From Rhizophagus irregularis (lineage: Eukaryota), in the NCBI RefSeq assembly GCF_026210795.1, contig NC_089434.1:1550001-1614000 (forward strand): DNA of 64,000 bases, given 5' to 3'. Below, one piece after another: positions 1-14,954 of this stretch. The notes beneath the pieces were generated by a model, which had not been told where the DNA came from, made no database searches, and saw only the letters and a list, made by a program, of their open reading frames with translations. Each line of letters begins with the position of its first letter. The stretch's first letter is position 1. The translations under genes and the position numbers were made by a program.

Positions 1-319
1 CAGATGTCCAATTTGAAAAATTTTCATTTAAATAATTTCGAACACAATATTCACAATATAATGTAGCTAAACATTTTTGGTTACAATTTTCACAAATTCT
101 TCTTGTACCATCATTATCCATAACTTTATTTCGATCATAATCTTTAGTTAAATATCTTATTGTTTCAGTTTTTTCTTCACTTGTAAGAATTTTATCAGCA
201 AGGACTGTTTGTTGTTGGAACACAAATTGTTTATGTATATCATTATGAATATTAGTATCTGTTAACATTATTACTCTACTCTTTGTTGCAGCAATTAAGT
301 CATATCGAAGAGTGGACAT
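1..319 (-). CDS. 5' part of a Glomeromycota-type protein kinase (paralog of 14955..17280), runs off the window
   Basis: ATG at 319 gives MSTLRYDLIAATKSRVIMLTDTNIHND...RICENCNQKCLATLYCEYCVRNYL...NWTS, closely matching the N-terminus of ORF 16657..17280. Confidence 0.85.
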   Translation of the reverse strand, partial: MSTLRYDLIAATKSRVIMLTDTNIHNDIHKQFVFQQQTVLADKILTSEEKTETIRYLTKDYDRNKVMDNDGTRRICENCNQKCLATLYCEYCVRNYLNENFSNWTS

Positions 320-2932
320 AATGTAATATAAATTAAAAGGAAAGAAAGAATTTCGGTGTTTCAAGTTCGTTACTCCGAGATAAATTAGTAAATGCAAATT
401 GTTGATCAAAACTTGTACCACTCCTATACCACCATGTGAATTTAAATTCTGTGATCTCAAGGCGCAGTATCGACGCTCAAATAAAATGAGTACGGTATTT
501 TTAAATTAATAGAAAACATAAATCTGTGTGACAAAAACTTTCTCAATAAATTAATAGTATTTATTATTTGATTTCATATTGATTAATATTTTATTTTGAC
601 GAAACAAAAAAATCTAATCTTTCAAAGTGATAGTGTAAATTAGTAATTAATTGTATTATTTAAAATTCAATATAAATATGACTGGTAAATTAAGAAAAAA
701 TTCATCTTTTTGGATATTTTCAATTGAATTTATTCAATAAACAACAACATATCGAGTAACGGATATTAAAAATTATAAGAAGCCATTCAATTTATTATTA
801 AACCATATTTAAGTTAGAGAGGAACTGAACTTTTGTAGAACTATCATTTCTTTTTTTGTAGATATGGATTACGAAATAATGATTTGAATTAAAAATATAT
901 AATTTGATAAAAGCACATTAAAAATTAAATGAATGAGAAAGAAACCATCACTTTGAAATAAATAAACGTAGTAAGCTTCAGTACGTATGGAATGTACTAG
1001 TTCCATTATAGTCGGTATTACTGTTTAATAATAATGTTGTTTCCCAATTAATAAATTTCAATTTAACGTTACGGAAAAATTAAAAATTATTCTTTCAGAA
1101 AAATAATCATAAGCTTCTAAAACTTATTTAAATGATTTGGTAAATACAAACGTCGAATGTAAGTCTAACCTAATTTAATTACATAAATTAGTCATTTAAG
1201 AATAAACAAAATCATTGTTTAAAAAAATATAGATTAAATAAGTGTTAAGCCTCAAAAGGGTGTAAATAATAATGAATCTTATTATTATACTTGGTCAGTT
1301 ACCATTTGATACTTTTGCTTCTTTAAAAGACAAAACCATCGACGTTTTTAATTTTTATATGTTTTATCGATAAAAAAAAAAGTTTAAAAAATACTTGCAA
1401 TGTTTATCAATCATAATAGGATAAGAATTTTGTTGTGCGCAAACGATAATTAATTGCTAGCTTAGCCTTTTTAATGATATAATAAATTGAAAAGCAAATG
1501 AGCGGTAGTCATTAATTTATAAATAAATAATCATCAGATTTTTTAAAAAAAATATTTTGTATTAAATTTTTTTTTGATAATGATATGGTTAAATATTTAT
1601 TGATGTTTCATAATAAATCTATATGTTTTTTATAATTAATTTTTCATCCAAACTTATAATAATAGCCATAGTAACTATCACATTAAAGTTTTTGAGTTTC
1701 TACATTTAATAATTTTTAAAAACGTGACCTTAAATTTTTAATCAACTCGTCAAGTCTCACAATGAGTAACCAGATTTTATCTAATGAGATCGATAAAACA
1801 AATGATTATGCCTATTACGAATCTATACCCACCAATGATAGGGTCGAGTTGATTTAAGTATTATTATTCATCAAGACATCAGGATATTTCACATATGCAT
1901 AATCTTCCATAAAAACAATAAACTGAATTTCAATCATATTTTCATTTTCTAAAATTAAACAAGATACAAGAGAAATTCATATTTATATTTATATTACCAT
2001 ACTTAATAGTCGTCCATATGGATGATGTTTAATTAAAAAGTAGATTAATAAGTCTAAAAAAGTTTATTGATAGTTAACATAAATTCACTTATAACAAAAA
2101 TAAATATATGACGATTGTCACTGAAACTATAACAAAACGTTCACTTTAACATTTTTTTCACCCATGTCTATTTTATTGACTGTCACTAAAAATTAACATC
2201 ATTTTTAAATCCAAATTGGTTCAATACTTGTAATAAACTAATAATACTATTTATTATAAATTTCACTAGAAATATATTTTTTGTTGTGCGATATAATGTG
2301 TGTGCGAGGTCGTATACATACATTTGCAGTAAAAGTGATGAAATTAACAATTTAACGGATTATCCAATAACCGTTAAAGTCAACCATTATCAAGTAATTA
2401 TTAACAAATTTTTTTAAAAAAAGTTTTTTCTTTGTTAATATAACGTTAAATAGAAAAAAAAATATCTTTTATAAAAAAAATAAAAAAGATAAAGAAATGC
2501 GCTTTTTTTTATAATAAAAATGCACTTTACATTTTTTTTTTATTAATAGGAATATAATAATAGGAATAACAAATTGCGGCTTTGTTTGTTAATAAAATAA
2601 ATAATAGTTATTAAATATAAAATTATTTTTATTGATAAAAACTTTTTTCGTTAATATAGTATTTAACAAAAAAATAATTTTTGAAAAAAAACTACATTTT
2701 ATACCTAAAAAATATACAGTATTTTTTTAAACTAATAAAATTGGTTTCACGAAAATTATTTTTACCGTACTGTACTACTGTTGATAGCTTATTTTCAAAT
2801 CGTCTTAAAAAGAAAAATCGTCAAAATAACAAACTAAATATAAAAACTATAGTAAATAATAGGTAGGTTTGTAGGTTTGTAACGGGGAGGATTTACGTAT
2901 CCTATGCTACATGTTTGATCTTCCCCAGTAAC

Positions 2933-3896
2933 ACCATCAAAAAAAGCTCGGGCATGTGATTTTTGAGCATGTGATTTTGTTACATACGGCGCAGTTTGTG
3001 GCAACTGATCTATTTAAATATTTATCGCGTATTACTGTAAGCTATTATTTAAGCTTTCTTTTCGCGTCTACATTACCAAATACCAAGAATACAACTTTTT
3101 TTTTTAAAATAAAAAGTTGGCTTATTTTCTTTACAATAGCTATAAATCTTTTAAAACAAAAATCGCAGAAAATATGAAACCTGTAGAAATATCAAAGTAA
3201 GCAATAATACCAGTTCAACAAACTAAATTGCAACTGTTATTTTGACAGCCTAATTAATGCAACCTTTTCTTCTAAAAGAGCAAAACTAGTCTGTATTATA
3301 AAGTAGTAAGGAAGTCATAGTCCTAATGTCCTATTAATAAATTAGGTGAAGACGTTGAACATTATCAAATAAGTGAACCTGCCATTAACATGGAAGGGGC
3401 ATACTGATAGCACTCATAAATTAATGTATTTTAATAAAATTGAAATTGAATAAATTTTATTGTTAGATTAATATTACATTCTATTTTAATAAAGTAATTA
3501 CTCAAATTTCATTAAAGAATTTGTTTTACTCTTATGAATTAACATCTATAAAATTTCATTATATTCTCAAGCAATCATCTTTGGAGTGGAGTATCTTAGG
3601 GTAAGGAAAGTTAGTTTAGGCCGAAGTACTTATCTTTGAAGATAATATTGACGTTGGAGTATCTTAGTGTTAGGGTAAGGAAAGTTGGTTTAGGCGGAAA
3701 TACTTATTCTTGAAGATAATGTAGAGTGTAGACGTTGGAGTTTCTTAGGGTTAGGTAAGGAAGGTTAGTTTAGGCTGAAACTTTTCCTTTGGAATTAGTT
3801 AGGGTTAAGTAAGTAGCAATAACTGCGTACTGTAGTGCAATTTCTATAGCCACAGTCAAATCACATGAATCACGTGCCCGAGCTTTTTTTGATGGT
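2933..3896. mobile_element. Non-autonomous TIR element (unclassified)
   Basis: ~28-bp inverted repeat ACCATCAAAAAAA(A)GCTCGGGCAYGTGAT at both ends; no clean TSD; no coding capacity. Confidence 0.5.
3587..3810. repeat. ~70-80 bp degenerate tandem repeat (x3) rich in TTAGG/TTAGGG
   Basis: Units beginning TGGAGT(A/T)TCTTAG at ~3587, 3655 and 3736. Confidence 0.7.
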
Positions 3897-6800
3897 TACG
3901 TGATAAATGATTAATGATCGTTTATTACCGGTAAAGCTCTTTTTTTTATCCATTTACATTGAATTTCACGTTCACAAATATTCTTTCCTTTAAAATTTTT
4001 TAGTGTAAGTTGATTTTTCCTTTAAAACTTTTTAATTTAAGTTGCGTATTTATATGAACGATATCCAGGATCATATATGGCGAAAATGACAATGAACCCA
4101 GTGATATTGACAATGAACCTGAAGTGAAAATGTTCAGGAAGAAGCTTTAGATACAATAAGAAAATGGAATAAGAATTAATACTCCATTTGTAAATCATTA
4201 TTTACGAAATTGTCCTGAAAAGAATGTAAAGTTATTTGTAGCGAAATCTAAATTTCTTTGTATTTTGCTGTCGCATAGAATTAAAAAATAAATTTCTTTT
4301 TTTTTGTGTAAATTTTTGATTAATTTTATGTAAATAATGTAATACATTAATCCACATAACAGATAACAGAATCTAATCAATATAAATTAATTATTATTTA
4401 GCTTTAAATGAATTATCCTTTATTTTTTCCTCAAGTTAAATATCTAGGATATAAGAAAAATCTCGGTAGGATGAAATCATTCTTAACGCTAACGTCATCT
4501 TTATTTGTAGGGATTTGATATTACGAGTCTGGACATGAATAAGGCTTTGAAATTAACGAAAGTAAAGTATGTTAAAAAAAAAAGTCTAAAAAACTTGGTA
4601 ACTTACGAGATCGATCATTGAATATTCGATTAGTTCACATCTTATTTAGCTCTGAATAATCGAGGAATATTATGACTTTTATAATTATTATAAATAATTA
4701 TTATATTGGTAAATACCTTGTAGTGGCAACTATAGCAACTACTTTCCCCTTTCACGTTAAAAGACTCGAAGATAATATACAGCTTATAAAAATCTAGAAT
4801 TAGTACACGAAATACCCTTATCCAATTTACTATCAATCTTCAAGTCTTAAAACCAAAATTTTTGATGGCATTCTAATCTTCTTTTGAAGGAATATTTACA
4901 AATGCATTCCGAACTTTTCATATACTAATACAATAATTTTCACCGTTAAACCTCAATAAAATAAGAGTATGAAGTCTTAATTCAACGGAACTAATAACTA
5001 ATTTTTCTGATGAAAAATAATACATACCGTAATGTACACCAAGACGCGGTTCAGGACAATTTCAGATACAATAGGATAAAATCGAAAAAAAAACTTAGTA
5101 TCGCTTGATGTGACTTGACAATATACTTTTTTTATTAATATATTCCGTCGGTTATAATAAGATAATTATTTTTTTTTAAAAAAAATAATTTTATCGATAA
5201 TTTTACTATAAATGAAATATATTTTAAAAAGTGAGTTTGATAAAAAAGAACTTATATTAGGAATCCTCTGAAAATTCTGTATAAAATTTGGACTTCTTGT
5301 TACAAGTCACAAGAATTAACAAACAAACAAAAAAATTATTATTTTTATTTATTTTTTTTCAAAGATCGTCAAATATCGGCGCACAAAACTTTTTAAACTT
5401 TTTAAACTTTGTTATCGTGATTATCGTGACCCAAAATACTTGATTTATAAAAAAGTTTTTTTTTTAAAAAAAAACGAGTTTTTTGAAACCTTATAAAAAT
5501 ACAAAAATTTTTAAGTTTCGGAAAGAAAAAAAAATTTTAATTAAATACCTAAAATAATTTCAAGGTTTTAGGCTTAGATTTTTAAGGAAACAGAATTAGG
5601 TAAAAAAACAAACTTTAATTTGTTTCAGATACTTAAAAAAAATATAATCATTGAAATTATCGGAATTATCGGAATATTATCGGAATAAACCATAAATTTA
5701 TGATGATCTTTTATATCGAGAGGGATAATCAGGAGTTATAGCTACGGGAATGATTTTGTTTTGTTTCTCATGTTTCTTATTGAGAAAAAAAAAATAATAA
5801 ATAAAATATAACTTTTTTTAAAAAAAGAAAAATATTTTTTAAAAAAGTCTAACTTAATACTCTTGGATGGTTAAATTTAAATGACCAAAATGACCAATAG
5901 GAACAATACATACCGGGTAGATCAATTTATGGCAATCTATTACTAAATTAATCATAGCATCTAATGCGCGAAAATGTTTTAAAAAGAGCGAACCCATAAT
6001 AATTAATAACCGAATATGTATAATAAATTCTTTTTAAAGACTAAACATTCAAACATAAGAGGAAAAGAATTTTATTTTTTTTAAAAAAAAATTAAATTAT
6101 TTATATCATAATATTAAAACCTGATAAAGTATTTATTTTTTTTTTAAAAAAAAAAAGATATCAAGATATTTTATACTTTTATATTTACTTTATATTTACT
6201 TTATATTTTTTATATATTCCGACCTTTTTTATCCGTATTGTCATACTTTAATTACAAATACAAATAAATAAATACATGTGAAAATTGCGCCATCCTTTTC
6301 TTTGCAGATAATAATGAGAAAAAAAGGTACGTTTTTGTTTACAAAAATTTAAGAATAAAGTTGACATATTTGACAACATATTTTACATATTTGGGTTTTT
6401 ATAAAAAAATTCATTATTATATATTATTACATTATCCCTTAATGGTTTGGTGAAAAAAAATGCGCCACTAAATACTAATACAGTATAAGAATAATCCTTC
6501 CTTATACCCTTAAATTATATAAATTTACTAAAAGTAGTATCAAAAAAATATGCATGTCTAATAAAAATTACTTTATTTTAATGGCGTTTAAACTTTAAAC
6601 TTAATTAGAAGTAAATAATGTATAAACTTTTTTTAAAAAATTTTTAAGCCTATTCAACTTTTTGAGTTATAATAGACCGATGTTCACTCGTGTCATATGA
6701 TCAATATTTACTTCATTAAGCAAAATGCACTTTTTTTAACGGAAAAAATATATATTTATTTATACCAAAAAGACCAAATCTCTCAAAATTGGTGATTATC

Positions 6801-7176
6801 ACTTTTTTTTAGCAAGTTTCAAACATGATCCGATACTTATTGATACTTATTGATACTTATTGCAACAATAATAAAGATTATCAATTTATGTAACAAACAA
6901 TTTTAGTAATCAATTTTGATTTCAAAAATTTCCGTTTCGGAAATTTCCATAATATTCTACATTTGGTCATCCCACAAACGGAATTTTATTTATGTTTATA
7001 TTTTCGCAATTTGACATCATATAAAATTTATTCAAAATAATTATACATAATATATACAAATAAGAGAAGTAATTATTAATGTAAAAAATTATCTATCTAA
7101 AATAAAAAAAAAATTGTCATTTTTAATTAATACGTATATATATACATATATACATTTTTTTTTAATATATGATCTA

Positions 7177-9490
7177 TTAATTTAATAAAACTTCTGCTGC
7201 TCTTACACAAGGAGCTCCGTTATTTAATATATATATATAATGTGGTCCAGGTGCAATTATTGTAGGATTTGGTGGTGTAGTTAAAGTTACAATATATTGA
7301 TTGGTTGCACCTGCATCAAAATTTGCTTGACTAATGTCTAACCCAACAAATCTATGTCCCATACTTTGTGAATGTGTTACGAAACCAAGATGCATAATTG
7401 CAGCTGTGAATGATGGATTAGGGTCTGTAAGTGAGACAACAAAAACTATTGGTTGATTGTATCCTATTGTTATTCTATTTCCAGCAATATTGGTTCCATT
7501 GAGACTAAGTATCGTTGGACGTGGTACATCTGTTAAGAGATAAGGAGGTTTGAAAATTTCGGCTCGATATCTAAAATTTTAGAATTTGTTAAAAGTCAAA
7601 TATGATAAAATTTTGATAAAATTTTTAAAAAAAATCAAAATCATACGTACTCTGTTGAGTATTTTATACCCTTCGCAACAGATGCTTGTGGATTACTACC
7701 GGCAACAAAAACGTAACCATCAGGAGATAAGGTTGCAACTGAATGATACATTCTTGCTACTGTTGACGGATTCATTTTCGTGTATACTTTTCCAACTGGG
7801 TCGTAAAGAACTGGGTTGAACGAGGGATTATCACTTAACCATAAAGGATTGTTTTTTTTGCCCTTACGAAAACCAGCATAACCAATTTGTGCTCCATTTA
7901 AAAATACAATTTGACCATTTGGTAATATCACGCTGTCAGGCATAACACGAGGAATTCCACCAAAATCGTCCATCTCCCAAGCAGGTGATTTAGCGCTTAA
8001 ATCCAATCTACCGCAAGAAGAATCAGCTGTTGCAGTAATTTCATATGTTGCTTGACCTCCACAAACCATAACTTCGGGTTTATAATTATTATTAGAGTAT
8101 AAGGGTAACATTACAGAAGTTCCGGTTTGTGGGTATGTACGTTGAACTGCTATTTTTGGATAGCTATAAACCACATTATTAGCTTCTAAATCAAATAATA
8201 CAGGTTGTTGATTGGAAAGAATGAATAACATATTTTTATTCTCTGCATTTGGTACAATGTGCAAGAATACATAGAGGTTGTAAGGGAGAGTATCTACAAG
8301 GAATTGTATGGGTCTATCTGGGTCCGGTGTTCCATCAGCAGTTGATGGTGGCCAAATATTATAAGTTGGATTATTAAGTTCGACTTTATTGAGACCTGTA
8401 CCACCAATAGAACCTCCTAATATAAGAACTTTTCCATCGACTAAACTATTTATTTAATAAAATATTATATTATATATTAAATATAATGATATAAAAAGGA
8501 CTCCAAGATTAAAAATGTTAATTATAACTTACGGTAACATTGTGGGATACCATCTTTTCGATGGCATCACCATAAGCTTTTCTTCCCATGTAGCGGTCAT
8601 TGGATCATAAAATCGTAAAGTTTGTTGACCTGGTACAAATGGAGGATCACCAGTATCACCACCGGTACCAACCAAAGTTCCATTTCCTAACCAAGATCCT
8701 GCCGAACAAAAAGTATCTGATGTAATATCAAGAGCTGTAAGTGTGTCTTTGTCAAGGTCGAGTAGTGAAGATTCTGCTGGTTGACCATTTGTTCGAAGCA
8801 ATGGATTTGTTTCAGCTAAAAAAAAAAGATTGAACAATCATGTGATTAAGTAGGTAGAACATAGGTGTGATAGATTAAAAGTTGAAATAATTACGTCTAT
8901 CAACGAAAACGTATTGGCCAGGACGAGCTACAAACATGTGCATTGCGTTGACACCCGTTAGTCTAGAAAAAGTATTTGTTAAAAAAAATAATGATAATAA
9001 TGAATGCGTTTAATAAAGTAATTAATTACGTTGGAAGGATTGTCCATGTTCCTCCTTTTGCATCACCAATTTCTTTGCCTGTTGGTGCAGCAGGTGGTAA
9101 TTCAGCTGGTGCTGGTGCTGGTGGTGCCGCGGCCTTTGGGTCTGCTTTTGGTGCAGCAGCCTTTGGATCTGCTTTTGGTGCTGGAGCCTTTGGGTCCGCT
9201 TTCGGTGCTTCCTTTGGGTCTGCTTTCGGTGCTTCCTTTGGGTCTGCTTTCGGTGCTGCTTTTGGGTCTGCTTTTGGTGCTGCTTTTGCTGCTGGTTCTT
9301 GTCGTCCTATAAATTTGTCAATAGATTTAAAATTTATCATTGTTTAAAAAAAAAAAAGAAAAAGAAAAAAGAAGGATAAATTACTTTGATTTTGTGATGG
9401 ATAAGCCAAAGCATTATTATTATTATTAATTGGTAAGAGAAAACCTCCAATAAGGAGGAATAATATAAAATAATTATAATAATTTTTCAT
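7177..9490 (-). CDS. Secreted copper radical oxidase (glyoxal oxidase-like, CAZy AA5_1), 6 exons
   Basis: Approximate exons 9490-9385, 9306-9030, 8962-8895, 8815-8533, ~8447-7649, ~7570-7177 with GT-AG introns; hydrophobic signal peptide; motifs FCSAG, RWYPT, RTYP, RVMPD, RMYHS, AGSNP, FVTHS supply the Cys-Tyr cofactor and Cu ligands. Confidence 0.9.
9130..9290 (-). repeat. Coding 24-nt tandem repeat (KADPK[A/E]AP) in the oxidase N-terminal linker
   Basis: Translation PKADPKAAPKADPKEAPKADPKEAPKADPKAPAPKADPKAAAPKADPKAAAP. Confidence 0.9.
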
Positions 9491-12400
9491 ATTTATTAAC
9501 ATATTTAAAGATATTTTATTTACGGAACAAAAATTTTTTTTTTTTTAAAAAAAAAAATTTATTTCAGAAAAAAGAAAATAGGAAAAAAAACGGTGATTAA
9601 ATAATTTTTTTTTTCCTTTGATTTTTTATTTCATTAATAGAAATTTGTGATCCCATTTTAAATTTTTTCAAAAAGGTTTTTTTTTTCTCAAAGGTTAGAT
9701 TTTTGAGATTAAATCGGGTTTGGATTTGATTTCTTTTTTTTAATCTATTATTTTTAAAAAAAAAAAAAGTTAAAAGGAAAGACAAAACTAATAAAATATC
9801 AAAATCTTTATTTTGAAATTTTTGACCCAATTAATTCAATTCTTTTTTGATTATTAAAAATGATGATGATTTATACGTCATGAAGCGTATATATAAGTGG
9901 TTAGTGAAAATATCGGTCGATGGGAAAAGTTTTTTTTTCATTGTAGAAATGAACCTTAACCAGCAATATAGCCAAATATGTAGTGTAACAATGCAATCAC
10001 TTGCCGATAATGCGAATTTCTGCATTGTCATTTTAACAATTACTTAAGTCATAGCGTGCATTGTGAATTTTTTATTTTTTTACTTGATTTTTTTTTTTTT
10101 TTTGCGGATAAATTCATCTCCCTTTAATCAGAATTCAGATACGGGTCAACCTTTATCAGTTTCTAAAAATAACTTAAAAAAAAAATTTTTTTTTTTTAAG
10201 ATATGGAATTGATTATTATAATGGATACCATTTTAAGTTGAATGAGAAAAAACTTTATTCAACATTTTTTTTTACAAATGATCGAAAACAATGTTACCAT
10301 ATTATTAATATATGACATATGATAACTTATTATTTGATTGACAAAATTATGCAAAGGTGACGCCGTTTTTGGAATATCATCACTTTATTTGAGAATCAGT
10401 GTTATTACATGTTTCCTTATTTAGGATAATCAAGGATTGTTATTTATATATATTTTATTTATTTATTCATTCATGTGTAATTATTATAATAATGAAACGT
10501 CGATAATGTGGCAACTGCTTCGTCACTATATAGCAAGAATATTGCATATTTTTTTTAAAAGGAACAACAATTTATGCGAAAAATTTATAATAAACTTTAT
10601 TTTGTATAAATTATCTTATTTGGAAAAAAAAAAAAGTTTTTTTTTTTTTAAAGTTCCATTTATTATACTTTGTTTTAAACTTTAGGTAAATATATATTGT
10701 ATAAAATTTAATTCATCCCTAAATAAACGTGATACTACCTAAAAATTGTAAAATTGTAACCCACTCGAACAGACCATCCGATTCAGATGAAAATGAACAT
10801 TAGTAATCAAATGTCAACAAAAAGGTCGGCATAATTGGTAATGTGTCACCCGAACAGATTATCCGATCTATGTTAATCCTAATAAGAAGAAAATCGTAGT
10901 TAATCCTAATAAGAAAATCATATTAATAATCAATTTAAATATACTATTACTAATAAGATTAAGTGTCAAAAATCAAAATGGTATTTCAAAAGAAAATCAG
11001 CACAAACCAATTTGCCGGAATTACAGCATATTTATACTTATTTATTAAAATTCGAAAATAAACGTAATAATTTCTTTTTTGTACTCATTTGTAAAGAAAA
11101 AATATAATTCGTATTTTTTTTCTTTCATTTCAAAATGAATGATCGATAAAAAAACGCCAATACGGCGACCAGTTATCCGTATTTTTCTGGAATAATAAAT
11201 CTCCTAACGGTTAGATAATATCGGAGAATGTGTCAAAAACGGGTTGTACGCCCACTGAACACTGATATTGAATTTTTGCTCTGCCATTGCTCATTGCTGT
11301 CATTACTCATTGTTGTCATTGCTCATTGCTGCCATTTAATAGTTCTATTACCAATGTATTATAAAAATACACCGATATACACTGATACTTTCGAAATTCC
11401 TGGTACTTTCTTAATGTATCAAAAATAAAAGTTTACAAGGAATTTGAGAGTTCTCAAATACATCAGCGTAACTAAAATGATGATTTTCCAATGATATTTT
11501 TAATAAATATATATTTACTTTAATTCATATCCATTAAAAAATGTAACCTTATAATTATTATTAATTCGCTCTTGTTATGTTTTCCACGCCAATAAAAATC
11601 AAAAATTCCAATGAACATTTAGTCGTCATGAAAAAAAAATTTAAAAAAATTAACGAAAAATGATGTGTATATATATTTTTTTATTCATCAAAAAAATTTC
11701 CTAAAGGGGATCCCAATCTTCAGAATTAAAAGGAAATCCATTATTCTTAAATTTCGTTTTATCTTTTTTTGGATTGGTGATTTAATAAAATATTTGAACT
11801 TTTGTTAATTTTAGCATCATCTTTATTAAATAAAATAAATTTTTTTATCGGAATTTTTGCATCAATTCCCGAAATATTACAAATAAATTTAGTATAGAAT
11901 AATTAAAAATTATGAAGGGCTTTTACAAAAAATGTATTACAAAAACTATAACGCGATATAAACTATAAAGTTAGAAAGTTTTTTTTAGAAAAAAAGTTTA
12001 CTTAGCCCAAATCTTAATCAATCAGACCTGAATACATACGGTACTGAGATATTACATTCTTAAATAAAAGTTTTTAAATGAAAAAGAAAAAAAAAAATAC
12101 TGAACGAAAAATTTAAAATTTTTAACGAAAAATTGAAAAGATTCAGATATTACACCAAAGATAAGAGTATGGATTCAACTTTCAAAATACTAACTTACCA
12201 CTGATTCTGGAGTACAATCTGATAAAATGTTCCGGTATTTTGGAAAGTTATTGGAATGTATTATATAGCAACGGTTAAAATGATCTACATATTCACGTAT
12301 GGTTTTTTATACCTTTCATAAATGTATGGTAGGAGCTATACTCGATTTAGAAAAAAATATGGACCTTGTAAATAGGTGTTACTTAAATGTATTTATTATA

Positions 12401-13066
12401 TGGTTTTTATGTGTGCACTGTATTTAATAAACTATAGTAAATCATACAGATTTTCAGCATACAGCAAATAACGATACAGTCGACACTACAATCATGACCT
12501 AATAAAAATAGTATTTTACAATTTTATAATTTAACAAATATTACTAATTAAATCAAAACAAAAAAAAACTTGATTTTCTAATTCAGTATTAAAGAGAAAG
12601 AAACAAGCAAATAATATGCGTTTACGCATTTGCAATTTTTTAACTTGTAAAATCATTAATATAGTAAATATCTCATTTGCATATCGAATGAGAATAATCA
12701 AATATGTGTCCTTTTAATATTTTAGAATCTTTCTCACACAGTTATTTAATAATTGTTAATATAAAGATATTTGAAAGAAAATTAAATAAAGACAACAGTT
12801 TATATCAAATTCTTTAAAGAGGATGACGTCGTGACGGTGGTTGATCAATTATCTATCAAAACCATACGTATGCACGTGATTCCTGTGTAAAGAGTATGTT
12901 AAATTGATGTACTTAGAATTACACTGGTGAATCTGGTGATCATACTTTTAACACCAAATCACGTTTTCAAATTTTTGAAATTTTTGGCCACATACCATTA
13001 TCTTATTTGCTTAATTCTAGGATTTGGTTAGGCACTTCAAAGTGGTAGCAGATTGTTTTTGGTTTA

Positions 13067-13236
13067 CAGTCAGAACTCGATATAACGAACCCTTCGGTTT
13101 AATGTTATAACAAAATTTTTATAAGTTTGATATAACGATTTTTATATTCTGATATGTTCATATATAAAAAGATAAATTTTAAAAAATCATTTATCGTGAA
13201 ATTCGTTATATCGCATAGTCGTTATATCGAGTTTTA
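13067..13236. mobile_element. Small Tc1/mariner-pogo-like MITE, right end truncated
   Basis: TA|CAGTCAGAACTCGATATAACGA ... TCGTTATATCGAGTTTTA inverted repeat. Confidence 0.55.
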
Positions 13237-14954
13237 AGGTTGGGCTCTTCAAGGTGATAAAATAATTTTTTTATTTACTTTTTTTTTTAATTTCATCCAT
13301 TTCATTAATTTCGTCTTTAACTCCTTTCTCCTCTTTTTTTAGGACTTTCGGTTACTCATCAAATATTTTATTATATTGTTATTTCTTTATTTTTACTGGC
13401 ATCGTTCGAGGGCATCGTGGAGTTGCACGATCAGTAATGTTCTATCTTGTAATTATCCTTCTAGGTGTTGTTGGCCTATCGTTATTGAATAAATTTTCTT
13501 CTATTTATAGGTTTGTTTAGGCGAGGCGCTCCAAGGTAGTAAGTAAGTGTTTTTCATTATTAATTTCATCAATTCTTGTTTTTAACTCTTTCTTTTTCTT
13601 TATTTAGGACTATTGGTTGATTGGACTTTTTTTTCCAAAACAATTTTCGCGTCTAAGCAAATCCTATTATTCATGAATTTGAAAAGGCACGAATTGATAT
13701 TTCTTTGTACAAGCCAGCTTTTGCTTGTAGAATCTTTGGATGTCCGGACGGAAGCTTGTAGGGATGTTATCAACTTGAAAGCCTACTCGAAATTATTCAA
13801 GAACTTGCGTTGACTTTCACAACAAAATACCTATAAATATTGTAGAATTTCGTGCAAAAATTCTTTCGAAAAAATTTCAAGAAGCGTAAAGTTGAGTTAA
13901 GATTAAATCAACACAAATTTAAGCTTCCAGTTTAAATACTTTTCTTTATTATTGATCGATACAATATAAAAAAAAATTTTAAAGTAATTTCAATTTTATA
14001 CTTTTTAGAAAAGGAAAAAAAAAATCAAATTAGAAATTTTGATTAAAAACTCGCAATCCCGTTATAGAAAAAGTTTATCGCAGAAACTAATATAATCTAA
14101 AAATTAAAAAATTGCTTCTCTTACAGATGTATTACATTAAAAAATTTAGTTTTTCCATAATGTATTTAATAATAGCTCTACCAAAGATAAAGATGATAGT
14201 TTACTTTTAACGTTATTTTACTGTTTATATATCTAATTGTATAGAGTACTGTACTAGTAGGTACAAATAGATTGATCAAAATCCGTAAAAGTGTATGGTA
14301 GTTTTTCACCATTGATGAATAATAATCAACAATCTTTCTGCTTCTACTACAGTCTATTACTGCATGGTTATGTCAAATTATTATATTCGTTTTGAAGTTA
14401 TTTTAATCTAATGTTGAAAACTACCAAATGGGTGGACAAGTGGTTATTGTATAAATTACGTAAAAAATTTGACAATCTAGCCTACTATTTATTGTAAATT
14501 TTTTAACATAGTAACGTGGGCACAATATTTATATTTTAAGCGTCGCTCCTTATCATGCTTTCATGAGATTAAAGATGACATGATGTTGATGAAAACAAGA
14601 TTATTCTTTCAATTTATTTTAATAATCCGTGTAATAAAATCTGTAATATTTTTCTGATTTATGATAACGAATGTCATGTTTTATAATATAAATTTACGTT
14701 AAGCTGTTTAAATCAATACAATATTTATAGTTGTAGCGGCACTAAGTATTTTTATTGATAATTTATACATTTAATAATTTGAATAAATTTATTAAAATTA
14801 TTTAAATTACAAACTAAGAATTTTGTAAAACATTTTACTACTCTAATCTTAGTGTTTAAATAATTCAAAATAAATAAAAAAAAATAGATAAATAAATGAT
14901 AATAATTTAAAATATAAAAAATATAAAATATTTAGTTGTTAGTTTGATTTCAAT

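Noticed and set aside
8976..9347. Plus-strand ORFs with FGSA or poly-Leu repeats
   Set aside because: Antisense shadows of the oxidase KADPK repeat exon
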